In this document: positions 42,732-51,686 of the stretch, one piece after another
Numbering within the stretch: position 1 is the stretch's first letter
Layout of the letters: each line of letters opens with the position of its first letter
Assembly (NCBI GenBank): GCA_903893785.1
Contig: CAITNQ010000314.1
Location: forward strand, 947-64,946
Origin: an uncultured Gemmatimonadota bacterium
Lineage (GTDB): Bacteria > Latescibacterota > UBA2968 > UBA8231
Direction: 5' to 3'
DNA length: 64,000 bases
The notes under the pieces: generated by a model
The model's database searches: none
Seen by the model: only the letters and a program-made list of their open reading frames with translations
What the model was told of the DNA's origin: nothing
Translations under genes and position numbers: made by a program

Positions 42732-43624
42732 GTTCGCCGGTCTCGACCGGCGAACTGGCGGCCCTGCTGTGCGCCCTGCTGTGGGCCGTCAACGGCATGC
42801 TGTTGCGCGCCCAGGCCGACCGTATTCCGCCGACCAGTGTCACGGTGGTGCGCTGCGCGGTGGCGGCGCTGATGTTTTGGCTGCTGCTGCCCTTCAGCGA
42901 CTCCCTGACCGAACTGGGCCGAGTACCCTGGGGCGAATGGGGGCTGTTGCTGGCTTCGGTGATGGCCGGTATCGGTGTCGGCGACACGCTCTATCTCATC
43001 GCCATCAAGCAGATTGGCCTGAGCCTGACCATGGCCCTGGCCGGCGTTTTCCCACTGACCACCCTGGTGTGGGAGTGGCTGCTGCTGGGGCGGCCGCCGG
43101 GCTGGTCGTTGGCCGTGGGCAGCGTGCTGGTAGTCGCCGGTGTCGTGCTCATGTCGCGCTCCGGCGACCGCCGGTCGGCCACCCTGGCGGCCTCGCCGCA
43201 GCACCTGCAACGAGGTTTGGCCCTGGCCCTGGGAGCGGCGGTGTTCTGGGGCCTGGCCTCGGTTCTGCTCAAACCGGCCATTGCCCACCTGTCGCTGCTG
43301 CAGGCCAATGCTGCCCGCATGACGATGGTCGCCGCGCTGCTCTACGCGCTGCGCGTGCTGCCGCAGGGCCGCCAGGGGCTGGGAACCTACGACCGCCGTT
43401 CCTTCCTCATCGTCAGCCTCACGGGCATCCTGGGCATGGGCGTGGGGGCCTACCTGTTTCTCTACGCCCTGGGCCATATGGGCGTGGCCAAGGCCGTGAC
43501 CCTGACCTCCAGCGCGCCGCTGTTCGGAGTCGCCCTGGGGATGGCCTTCCTGCACGAACGCCTCACACCCGCCGCGGGTTTGGGAGTGGCCTGCTGCATG
43601 GTGGGCGTCTGGGTCGTGTTGTGA
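42728..43624 (+). CDS. DMT-superfamily (EamA-like) transporter
   Basis: About 10 hydrophobic segments, with EamA-like repeats ('LLCALLWAVNGMLLR' and 'AVFWGLASVLLKP'). The GTG at 42728 overlaps the P2 stop (GTGA). Confidence 0.8.
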   Translation: MSSPVSTGELAALLCALLWAVNGMLLRAQADRIPPTSVTVVRCAVAALMFWLLLPFSDSLTELGRVPWGEWGLLLASVMAGIGVGDTLYLIAIKQIGLSLTMALAGVFPLTTLVWEWLLLGRPPGWSLAVGSVLVVAGVVLMSRSGDRRSATLAASPQHLQRGLALALGAAVFWGLASVLLKPAIAHLSLLQANAARMTMVAALLYALRVLPQGRQGLGTYDRRSFLIVSLTGILGMGVGAYLFLYALGHMGVAKAVTLTSSAPLFGVALGMAFLHERLTPAAGLGVACCMVGVWVVL

Positions 43625-43652
43625 CCGTGAATGACCGGACCGCAGCCGGCCC

Positions 43653-44564
43653 ATGAGCCCGATTGCCATCGCCCTGATCGTGGTGTCGGCCATCCTGCAC
43701 GCCACCTGGAACCTGCTGAGCAAACGCCGGCAACCCGCCTCGGGGTACTTCCTGCTGGCCAACCTGGCCGGCGTGGCGCTGCTCTCGCCGGTGGTGCTCG
43801 TTTATCGGGTCGTGCTGCAGCAGCGTACCTTGCCTTTGCTCGGGCTGCTGGCCCTGACGGGCGTGTTCCAAGCCACCTATTACGGGGGCCTGGCGCGCGC
43901 CTACCGCGCCGGGGACATCTCGGTGGCCTATCCGCTGGCCCGTTCGTCGCCGGTGCTGATGGTGACGGCAGCCAGTTTCCTTGCGGGCCGTGGCAGCCCC
44001 GTAAGCGGCGCCTGTATCGCCGGCATGCTGCTGGTGGTCTGCGGGTGTGCGCTGGTGCCCATGCACCACCTGGGCGACCTGCGGTGGCGCACCTACGCCA
44101 ACCCGACCTGCGCCTTCGCGCTGGTGGCCGCCGTAGGGACGGCAGGCTACTCACTGGTCGACGATCTGGCACTGCGCCTGCTGCGGGACACGCCCGCACG
44201 CGCCGCCGTCGGGGTGACCGGGGTGACACTGGTCTACGCCTGGATGGAGGGCATGTCCACCAGCGTCTGCTTGTTCGCCCTCAGCGCCTGCCGGCCCGCC
44301 GCCCGGCAGCGTCTGCGCCGCTACCTGGCCAATGACATCAAGGGTGCGTGCCTGGCGGGAGGGATGATCTACCTGACCTACTCGCTGGTATTGACTGCCA
44401 TGGCTTTCGTCACTCACGTCAGCTATGTGGTGGCCTTCCGGCAGCTGAGCATTCCATTGGGCGCCGTGTTCGGCGTGGTGGTGCTACGCGAACCCGCGTA
44501 CCGCCCCAAGGCCCTGGGCGTGGCGATCGTGCTGGGCGGTCTGGTGCTGGTGGCCACCGGCTGA
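43653..44564 (+). CDS. DMT-superfamily membrane protein
   Basis: 303 aa and about 10 TM segments ('IALIVVSAILHATWNLLSK'). Confidence 0.7.
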   Translation: MSPIAIALIVVSAILHATWNLLSKRRQPASGYFLLANLAGVALLSPVVLVYRVVLQQRTLPLLGLLALTGVFQATYYGGLARAYRAGDISVAYPLARSSPVLMVTAASFLAGRGSPVSGACIAGMLLVVCGCALVPMHHLGDLRWRTYANPTCAFALVAAVGTAGYSLVDDLALRLLRDTPARAAVGVTGVTLVYAWMEGMSTSVCLFALSACRPAARQRLRRYLANDIKGACLAGGMIYLTYSLVLTAMAFVTHVSYVVAFRQLSIPLGAVFGVVVLREPAYRPKALGVAIVLGGLVLVATG

Positions 44565-44651
44565 GAGGGGCCGCGCGCCGGCTGGTGGGGGCGGGCCTGC
44601 GTCGGCGCGACAACCTGTCACGGTGCGGCAGACGCACCAGGGAGACCGGCG

Positions 44652-45461
44652 ATGGAACTAAGCTTGCGCGGCAAGAGCGCCCTGATCACGGGCGGCGCCA
44701 GCGGCATCGGGCTGGGCATCGCGACAGTCCTGGCTGGCGAAGGCATGGACCTGGCCATTGCCAGCCGCTCGCCGGACGCCGAGGCGATCGCCACGCTACG
44801 CCGGCTGGGCACGCGGATCGAGGCTATTGCGGCCGATGTCAGCGACGAAGAGCAAGCCGTCGCCATGGTTGACAGGGCGGCCGAGTGCTTCGGTGGCCTG
44901 GACAGCTACGTCAACAACGCCGCCTGGGCCTGGCACGAACCGGTCACTCGGGTCACGTCCAAGGCGTGGAATGACACCCTCAACACCAACTTGAGCGCCG
45001 CCATGTGGGCCTGCCGGACGGCGGCGCGGCACATGGTACGACGCCGGGCCGGCAACATCGTATTGATCAGCTCCACCGCCAAACTGACGACCGGGTTCGG
45101 CGAGGCCGCGTACCGAGTCTCCAAACTGGGCTTGAACGCCTTGATGCAGAGCCTGTGCGTTGAGCTGGCTCCCCACGGCATCCGCGTCAACATGGTGACA
45201 CCCGGGCACTTCGTGACCCGCCTGACGGGTTGGGACCGTCTGGACCGGGACCGCGTCGAGCAGTTCCGCGACCGCTACATTCCGCTGCAGCGCTATGGCG
45301 AGGTAGAACAGATCGGTTCCGCCGTGGCCTTGCTGCTCTCCGACCGGGTCAGCGGGTACACTACCGGCGCTGACATCGTGGTGGATGGCGGCCTGCAGCA
45401 CGCCATGATCAAGGTTGCCGGCGACGACGAGCTCCGCGCCCTAAACGCTCCCCAGGGCTGA
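44652..45461 (+). CDS. short-chain dehydrogenase/reductase (SDR)
   Basis: 'ALITGGASGIGLGIA' (TGxxxGxG), 'NNAA' and 'YRVSK' (YxxxK). Confidence 0.9.
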   Translation: MELSLRGKSALITGGASGIGLGIATVLAGEGMDLAIASRSPDAEAIATLRRLGTRIEAIAADVSDEEQAVAMVDRAAECFGGLDSYVNNAAWAWHEPVTRVTSKAWNDTLNTNLSAAMWACRTAARHMVRRRAGNIVLISSTAKLTTGFGEAAYRVSKLGLNALMQSLCVELAPHGIRVNMVTPGHFVTRLTGWDRLDRDRVEQFRDRYIPLQRYGEVEQIGSAVALLLSDRVSGYTTGADIVVDGGLQHAMIKVAGDDELRALNAPQG

Positions 45462-45617
45462 GCCCGGGCACGCCTCCAGCCCCGCCATCGGGCTGCCGGC
45501 GCCAGGTCCGGCGCCAGGTCGATGGCAGCGCGGCCGACAGCCGCTGCGGCCGCCACAGCGGCCCATGCAACGGCGTCCATCGGCCCCCGCATGGGGCAGC
45601 GCCGGCCAAGCGTCGCC

Positions 45618-46973
45618 TCAGGCCAAGGGCGCCGGGGCCGACAGCCGCCGCACGAGCCGGAACGCCGGGTAACTGGCCGCCAACGCGCCGAGGGCGTACA
45701 GGCTGTTGGTGGTATCGCCGGCCACGGCCGCCACCAGGAACGCCACACCGCTGATCAGCGCCAGACCCGTGGTCCACGGATAACCCCAGGCCGGGTGCGG
45801 CGGCGGTTCTTCGGGCGCGCGACGCCGCAGGACGAAAACGGCAAGGAAGGTAACGACGTAGTTGGCGACAATCAGGAAGGTCAGGATGGCAATGGCCTTC
45901 TGGAAGGTGCCGCTGAGCACGAACAGCAACGACGCGACCAGGCACATGGCCAGGGTGACGGTGGGCGTGCCCGAGGCGTTTACCTGCGTGGCTCGGCGCG
46001 AGAACAGGCCATCGCGGCTCATGGCCAGCAAGATGCGTGGACCGCTCAGGAAGTAGGCGTTGAGCGTGCCCAGAAAGATGACCAGCGTCATGATGCCGAT
46101 GACGGTCTCGCCCGCAGCGCCAAACAGCACACGCGCGGCCGCCCCGCCCACCGACGCCTCGCCAGCCATCTGCGCCAGTGGCATTACATACAGGTAGCCG
46201 AGGTTCACGAACAGGTACAGGCCGATGGTCAGGAACACGCTGCCGTAGATGGATCGCGGCAGATCTCGCTCGGGGCGGCGCACCTCCTCGCCGAAGTACA
46301 CCGAGCCGTAGTACCCGTCATACACGTAGATAACCACTTGGAACGACGCGATCAGGGCAGTCAGTAACCCCATGCCTGCGGGGACCGCCCCGGGAGCGGC
46401 CGCGGCGCCGGGCACGTCGCCGCCGAGCGTGAAGGCCGCGGCCCCAAGGCCAAACACGGCCGCGACCTTTAGCAGACTGGCCAGGCCCTGCGCGCGGCTG
46501 CCCCAGCGGATACCGGCCCACTGCAGCATCCCGAACAAGACCACCAGAGCCAGCGACACCCGCGCAGCGCCCGGCGCCGACAGGGCGAATAGCCCGGCCG
46601 AGACGCTGCCGGCCAGCAGAGCAGCGGTCCCAATGGTGCCGCAGCTCTGCAGCCAGTCCATCCAGCCGACGACGAAACCGGCGTAGTCCCCCAGTGCCCG
46701 GTGGGCGAAGACGTAGAGTCCCCCGGAACGCGGCAGGCGGGTCGCCAATTCGGCAAAAGAGCCGGCGCAGACCAGCGCGTACAGACCACCGGCGACCCAC
46801 ACGGACAGGTACAGCCAGGGGTCCGGCAGTTGCGCCGCCACCTGCGCCGGCGTGATCAGAATGCTGCCGCCGATGGTGGCGCCGATGGTAACCGCCACCC
46901 CGAAGCCGACGCCAAGGATGCGCAGCAGCGAACCACTGCGGGCCGGAGCCGGTGGCGATGTGGACGGTCTCAT
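45618..46973 (-). CDS. APC-family amino acid/polyamine permease
   Basis: 451 aa and about 12 TM segments, with 'GGSILITPAQVA' and 'ELATRLPRSGGLYVF' typical of APC transporters. Confidence 0.85.
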   Translation of the reverse strand: MRPSTSPPAPARSGSLLRILGVGFGVAVTIGATIGGSILITPAQVAAQLPDPWLYLSVWVAGGLYALVCAGSFAELATRLPRSGGLYVFAHRALGDYAGFVVGWMDWLQSCGTIGTAALLAGSVSAGLFALSAPGAARVSLALVVLFGMLQWAGIRWGSRAQGLASLLKVAAVFGLGAAAFTLGGDVPGAAAAPGAVPAGMGLLTALIASFQVVIYVYDGYYGSVYFGEEVRRPERDLPRSIYGSVFLTIGLYLFVNLGYLYVMPLAQMAGEASVGGAAARVLFGAAGETVIGIMTLVIFLGTLNAYFLSGPRILLAMSRDGLFSRRATQVNASGTPTVTLAMCLVASLLFVLSGTFQKAIAILTFLIVANYVVTFLAVFVLRRRAPEEPPPHPAWGYPWTTGLALISGVAFLVAAVAGDTTNSLYALGALAASYPAFRLVRRLSAPAPLA

Positions 46974-47416
46974 CCGCGAACCTTGACGACAACCTTCCGG
47001 ACCCGCGTCGGGGCCGCCAGGGCCACACCGGGCATATGGGCGTCCTGGGGTGCCAGGACCATGAAGGTGCCGGCCCGCAACAAGGCGAAGTCGCCGTCGC
47101 CGTCCAGCTTGAGGAAGTCACGCTCGGAATCGTAGGCACCGGCCTGCAGGCGGTCGATGCAGGCGTAGCCCATCAACTCGGTACCGGTTACTACGTACTG
47201 GATGTCGATGTAGGCGCGATGGGCCTCCCAGGCACCCTGGTCGCGCGGCTTGGTGTCGTATTCCTGGACCAGGGCGAAAAGGTCCTGGCCCTGAATCTCG
47301 TACCGCCCCGGAGCCACGCTGGTGAAATCCGTCTCAGCCAGATAACGCAGCCCAGCGGCCAGCCGCGGACCCAAGCCGTAATACCAGGGGGCGCACCGCA
47401 GGTCATCGATGATCAC
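46970..47416 (-). CDS. YhcH/YjgK/YiaL-family protein (DUF386)
   Basis: 'GRYEIQGQDLFALVQEYDTKP...EAHRAYIDIQYVVTGTE...H.P'. ATGA overlap with the permease gene. Confidence 0.8.
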   Translation of the reverse strand: MIIDDLRCAPWYYGLGPRLAAGLRYLAETDFTSVAPGRYEIQGQDLFALVQEYDTKPRDQGAWEAHRAYIDIQYVVTGTELMGYACIDRLQAGAYDSERDFLKLDGDGDFALLRAGTFMVLAPQDAHMPGVALAAPTRVRKVVVKVRG

Positions 47417-47427
47417 GGCAGTTCCTT

Positions 47428-48057
47428 TCAGGCGGGGGCGTAGGTGGTCGAGCCGACCAGCGGCAGGGGCAGGGCCCAGATGTTGCGGTAGCAGACCAGG
47501 TTGCCGTGGTCCTGCAGCAGCAGTGGGCCCGGGGCGGCCAATTCCTCGTCGATGGCCGCCCCCGTGACCCCCGGCAACTGGATGTTGTTGTGGATGACCC
47601 GGCCGTTGTGCAGCACGGTCAGGCGGGGTCCGGGCTCATCGCCGCGAGGGGCGCGGAAGGCGACGTCATAGGTCTGCCAGTTCATGGCCGGGAGGCAAGC
47701 GTTGACCAGCGGCGCAAACTGGTTGTAGACGGCCCCGCAGTCGCCCAAGCCGGGCACGGCCCAGCCGTACGAGTCGAGGACCTGGATCTCGTATCGCCCC
47801 TGCAGGAACACCCCGCTGTTGCCCTTTGCCTGGCCCGTGGCCTCCGGCATATCGGGGCAACGGAACTCCAGATGGAGCACAAAATCAGTCAGGCGCTCAC
47901 GGGTCATGATGTCGCCCGTCCCCGGCACCACGTGCAACACGCCGTCGTCGACGCGCCAACCGGCGGTCTGGCCGTCGCGGGTGGTCCAGTTGCTGACATC
48001 ACGACCATTGAACAGCTGCACCGCCCCCGACGGCACCGGGGCTCCCATGGTCTTCAT
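47428..48057 (-). CDS. DUF1080-domain protein (3-keto-disaccharide hydrolase-like)
   Basis: 'LFNGRDVSNWT...GWRVDDGVL' and 'DFVLHLEFR...GNSGVFLQGRYEIQVLDS'. AGGAG RBS before the ATG at 48057. No signal peptide. Confidence 0.8.
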   Translation of the reverse strand: MKTMGAPVPSGAVQLFNGRDVSNWTTRDGQTAGWRVDDGVLHVVPGTGDIMTRERLTDFVLHLEFRCPDMPEATGQAKGNSGVFLQGRYEIQVLDSYGWAVPGLGDCGAVYNQFAPLVNACLPAMNWQTYDVAFRAPRGDEPGPRLTVLHNGRVIHNNIQLPGVTGAAIDEELAAPGPLLLQDHGNLVCYRNIWALPLPLVGSTTYAPA

Positions 48058-48125
48058 AGCCACGTCTCCTGTTGACGCCGCGTCGCCGTGGCCGCCTCCG
48101 CGGTCCTCGGCCAGCGCGGACCCGT

Positions 48126-50243
48126 TCACGAGATCCACAAGGACTGCTGCACCGCACCCGCCACCGGATCATCGGGTTGACCGCCACCCACGGCGACGAC
48201 GAACTCGCCGGGTTCGACGAAAGGGCGCCCCTGGTCGTCATAGGCAGCCAGCTGGGCCGGAGTCAGCACGAACTTGAGCTGACGCGCCTGGCCCGGCTGC
48301 AGGTGCACGCGCTGGACGCCCTCGAGGTGGTGCCGGGGCACGGGCACCGAGGCGACCCGGTCGGCGACGTAGAGCTGGACCACTTCGTCCCCAGCCACCG
48401 GACCCGTGTTCCGGACCCGCACGGACACGTCGATCGGCTGCTCCGGCGTGGCGCGCGCCGGGGCTATGCAGAGATCCTCGTAGGTGAAGGTGGTGTAGCT
48501 CAGGCCATACCCAAAGCGGAACAGGGGCGCCTGATCCAGGAAGCGGTAGGTACGTCCCTGCATCCGGTAGTCGCCGAAGGGTGGCAACTGATCGACGGAG
48601 GTGACGAAAGTGACGGGCAATCGGCCGGACGGGCTGACGGCACCGAACAGCAGGTCGGCGACGGCAGTGCCACCGTCAGCACCCGGGTACCAGGCCATGA
48701 GGATGGCCGGCAATCGGGCGGCGACAGTCGGGAAGGCGATCGGTGACCCGCCGGTCAGCACCAAGACCACCGGTTTGCCGGTTGCCTGCAAGCTCAGCAG
48801 CAGTTCTTCCTGCATCCCGGGCAGGCCAATGGCAGGGCGGTCTCCGGTGCCGTGGGAGGCCGGGACGTCGCCCTCCTCGCCTTCCAGTTCCGGCGAGTAC
48901 CCGAAGCAGGCGATGACTACCTCGGCGGCTTCGGCGACGCGCAACGCCTCGGCAAAACCGCGCCGGTCATCGGCGCGCACCGAGCAGCCCTCGGCGTAGG
49001 TCACCTGCGTGCCCGGCGAGACGGCGGCGACCACGCCGTCAAACAGGGTCACGGGCCGCGACGGGAAGCCGTTGTAGTTGCCCAGCAGCACCCGCACGGA
49101 GGCCGCCGTGGGCCCGATCACGGCCACCGAGCGCAGCTGCCGGCTCAACGGCAACAGCGAACCTTCGTTCTTGAGCAGCACGATGGACTCATGGGCCATC
49201 TGCAGGTTCAGCTGCCGGTGCTCGGCACAGTCCACGCGGCTGGCCGGAATGTCGGCATAGGGGACGCGCTCGTCGGGGTCGAACATGCCCAGTCGGAAGC
49301 GCGCGGTGAACAGCCGGCGACAGCAAGCATCGATCTCAGCCTCGGCGATCAGCCCGTCGTCAAGCGCCATCAACAGCGCCTCGTACGTCTGCCCGCAGTT
49401 GAGGTCGCAGCCGTGGCGCACGGCCAGAGCTGCCGATTCGGCGGCCGACGACGTAACGCCATGACGCAGGTGGATGTCGTCGATGGCGCCGCAGTCGGAC
49501 ACCACGTACCCGGCGAACCCCCAGGTGTGCCGCAGGATGCCGTCGAGCAGCGTCGGGCTGGCGCAGCAGGGTTCACCGTTGGTGCGATTGTACGCGCCCA
49601 TGACCGAAGCCGCCCCCGCCTCCTGGACGCAGGCCTTGAACGCCGGCAGGTAGGTCTCGTGCAGGTCACGCTGACTGACGCGGGCATCGAAATGGTGCCG
49701 CTCGGGTTCCGGGCCGCTGTGCACGGCATAGTGCTTGGGCGTGGCCACGACCTTCAGATAGCGGCCGTCCGATCCCTGCAAACCGCGCACAAAGGCGACC
49801 CCGAGACGAGCGGTCAGATAGGGGTCTTCGCCGTAGGTCTCCTGGCCCCGCCCCCAGCGAGGATCGCGGAAGATGTTGATGTTGGGGGACCAGAAGGTCA
49901 GACCGAAATACCAGCCACGGTGGTCCTGGCGCAGGGCCTGGTGGTACTTGGCCCGGGCTTCATCGGAGATCGCCCAGGCGACGCGCTCCAGCAGCGGTGG
50001 GTCAAAGGAGGCGGCCATGCCGATGGCCTGCGGAAACACCGTGGCCAGGCCCGCCCTGCCGACCCCGTGGAGGCACTCGTTCCACCAGTTGTACGCGGGG
50101 ATCCCGAGGCGCGGTACCGCGGGCGCGGTGTGGACCATCTGCGCCACCTTCTCAGCGGCGGTCAGGCGCGCGAGCAGGTCGTCGACCCGGGCCGCCAGCG
50201 GCTGGTCCGGGTCCCGGTACAGCGGTTCGTCTGCGGCGGCCAT
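48126..50243 (-). CDS. glycoside hydrolase family 3 (beta-glucosidase/xylosidase-like)
   Basis: 'AEKVAQM', 'WNECLHGV', 'KHYAVHSGPE' and 'GYVVSDCGAI' (the nucleophile region), with a C-terminal FnIII-like domain. GGGAGG RBS before the ATG at 50243. Confidence 0.9.
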   Translation of the reverse strand: MAAADEPLYRDPDQPLAARVDDLLARLTAAEKVAQMVHTAPAVPRLGIPAYNWWNECLHGVGRAGLATVFPQAIGMAASFDPPLLERVAWAISDEARAKYHQALRQDHRGWYFGLTFWSPNINIFRDPRWGRGQETYGEDPYLTARLGVAFVRGLQGSDGRYLKVVATPKHYAVHSGPEPERHHFDARVSQRDLHETYLPAFKACVQEAGAASVMGAYNRTNGEPCCASPTLLDGILRHTWGFAGYVVSDCGAIDDIHLRHGVTSSAAESAALAVRHGCDLNCGQTYEALLMALDDGLIAEAEIDACCRRLFTARFRLGMFDPDERVPYADIPASRVDCAEHRQLNLQMAHESIVLLKNEGSLLPLSRQLRSVAVIGPTAASVRVLLGNYNGFPSRPVTLFDGVVAAVSPGTQVTYAEGCSVRADDRRGFAEALRVAEAAEVVIACFGYSPELEGEEGDVPASHGTGDRPAIGLPGMQEELLLSLQATGKPVVLVLTGGSPIAFPTVAARLPAILMAWYPGADGGTAVADLLFGAVSPSGRLPVTFVTSVDQLPPFGDYRMQGRTYRFLDQAPLFRFGYGLSYTTFTYEDLCIAPARATPEQPIDVSVRVRNTGPVAGDEVVQLYVADRVASVPVPRHHLEGVQRVHLQPGQARQLKFVLTPAQLAAYDDQGRPFVEPGEFVVAVGGGQPDDPVAGAVQQSLWIS

Positions 50244-50274
50244 GCCTGCCTCCCCCCGGGGCTGCAGCGCCCGG

Positions 50275-50304
50275 TTGCCAAACGTCACCGGTTGCCAGTA
50301 CAAT
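50275..50304 (+). promoter_or_regulatory. sigma70-like promoter (TTGCCA-N18-TACAAT) with a 10-bp direct repeat
   Basis: CCGGTTGCCA occurs at 50271 and again at 50288. The first copy supplies the -35 hexamer and the second abuts the -10 hexamer. Confidence 0.5.
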
Positions 50305-50423
50305 GTGCTGCGCTCCGCCGCCAGTGACCCGCCGGTCCGGAGCGGTGCAGAGAATAGGGCATCGGCCGGGGCCCAACAACCCGGCACATGATCGGGCCCC
50401 AGAGCCGGGCCCACGGAGGCGGG

Positions 50424-51611
50424 ATGAAGCCGACCCTGATCGCCATCGGGTGCCTGGCGCTGATCGCCGGGGCCTGCGCCTCGGACTCCCACAACCCTGC
50501 CGCGCCCGAGGGGGGCACAACCATGTATGACCGCTGGCAGCACGGCCCGCCGACGGGTACGGACTACTTCCCGATCGCCGTATGGCTACAGGACCCCGCC
50601 AACGCCGCCCGGTACCGCGACGCCGGCATCAACCTCTACGTCGGTCTGTGGGATGGCCCCACGGAGAGCCAGCTCAGCGCGCTCGCCGCGGCCGGCATGC
50701 AGGTCATCTGCGACCAGAACTCGGTGGGCCTGCGCCACCTGGCCGACCCGGTCATCGTCGGTTGGATGCGCGGCGACGAACCGGACAATGCCCAGGCCCT
50801 GCCGGACAACAAAGGATGGGGCCCACCCATCGTGCCGGACACGGTGGTGGCCCAGTACCAGCGCATCAAGGCCGCCGATCCCTCACGCCCCACGCTGCTC
50901 AATCTGGGCCAGGGGGTGGCCTGGGATGAGTACGTCGGCCGCGGGGTGCGCACCGGCCACCCGGAGGACTACCCGGCCTACGCCCGCGCCGCGGATATCG
51001 TGTCCTTCGACATCTACCCGGCCGCGTCCGAGTACCCCCAGATAGCCGCGAATCTGTGGTACGTGGCCCGGGGCGTGCAGCGCCTGCGTCAGTGGGCTGC
51101 GGCCGACCAACCGGTATGGAACTGCATCGAGGTGGGCCGGATCTACGCCGCCGATCGGCAGGCGACTCCCAAACAGGTGCGCGCCGAGGTGTGGATGTCA
51201 CTTATCCACGGCTCCACCGGCCTGGTCTACTTTGTCCACGAGTGGTACCCGAAGTTCAACGAGCACGCGCTGCTGGACGACCCGGCCATGCTGGCAGAGG
51301 TGACGGCCATCAACAGCCAGATCCACGCCCTGGCTCCCGTGCTCAACTCACCCACCGTTGCTGATGGGGCCACGGTCACGCCGGCCGATGCCTCCGTGCC
51401 TCTGGCGGCCATGACCAAGCAGTACGATGGGGCCACGTATATCTTCGTGGTGTCACTGCGCGGCACGGCCACCGCCGCCACCGTGGCGCTGACCGGGTCC
51501 CGTCACACCACGGCGGAGGTCCTGGGCGAGAACCGCGGCGTGAGCGTGCAACAGGGGGCTTTCAGCGACACCTTCGAGCCCTGGGGGGTGCATCTGTACT
51601 GCCTTCGCTGA
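50424..51611 (+). CDS. secreted (possibly lipo-)protein, TIM-barrel glycosidase-like
   Basis: Signal peptide 'MKPTLIAIGCLALIAGACAS'. 'FPIAVW', 'GWMRGDEPDN' (NEP-like acid/base region) and 'SFDIYP' suggest a clan GH-A fold. Function is inferred weakly. GGAGG RBS. Confidence 0.6.
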   Translation: MKPTLIAIGCLALIAGACASDSHNPAAPEGGTTMYDRWQHGPPTGTDYFPIAVWLQDPANAARYRDAGINLYVGLWDGPTESQLSALAAAGMQVICDQNSVGLRHLADPVIVGWMRGDEPDNAQALPDNKGWGPPIVPDTVVAQYQRIKAADPSRPTLLNLGQGVAWDEYVGRGVRTGHPEDYPAYARAADIVSFDIYPAASEYPQIAANLWYVARGVQRLRQWAAADQPVWNCIEVGRIYAADRQATPKQVRAEVWMSLIHGSTGLVYFVHEWYPKFNEHALLDDPAMLAEVTAINSQIHALAPVLNSPTVADGATVTPADASVPLAAMTKQYDGATYIFVVSLRGTATAATVALTGSRHTTAEVLGENRGVSVQQGAFSDTFEPWGVHLYCLR

Positions 51612-51686
51612 GGTCGGGCTAGGCCACGGCGGCCCGGTGCGGGGTCGCGGCTCCCTCTTGGCCGCGGCCCCACACCCGCCGGTGGA

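Noticed and set aside
45496-45519. 12-bp tandem duplication CCGGCGCCAGGT x2 between the convergent SDR and permease genes
   Set aside because: It is too short and too isolated to interpret, and is probably a trivial slippage product.
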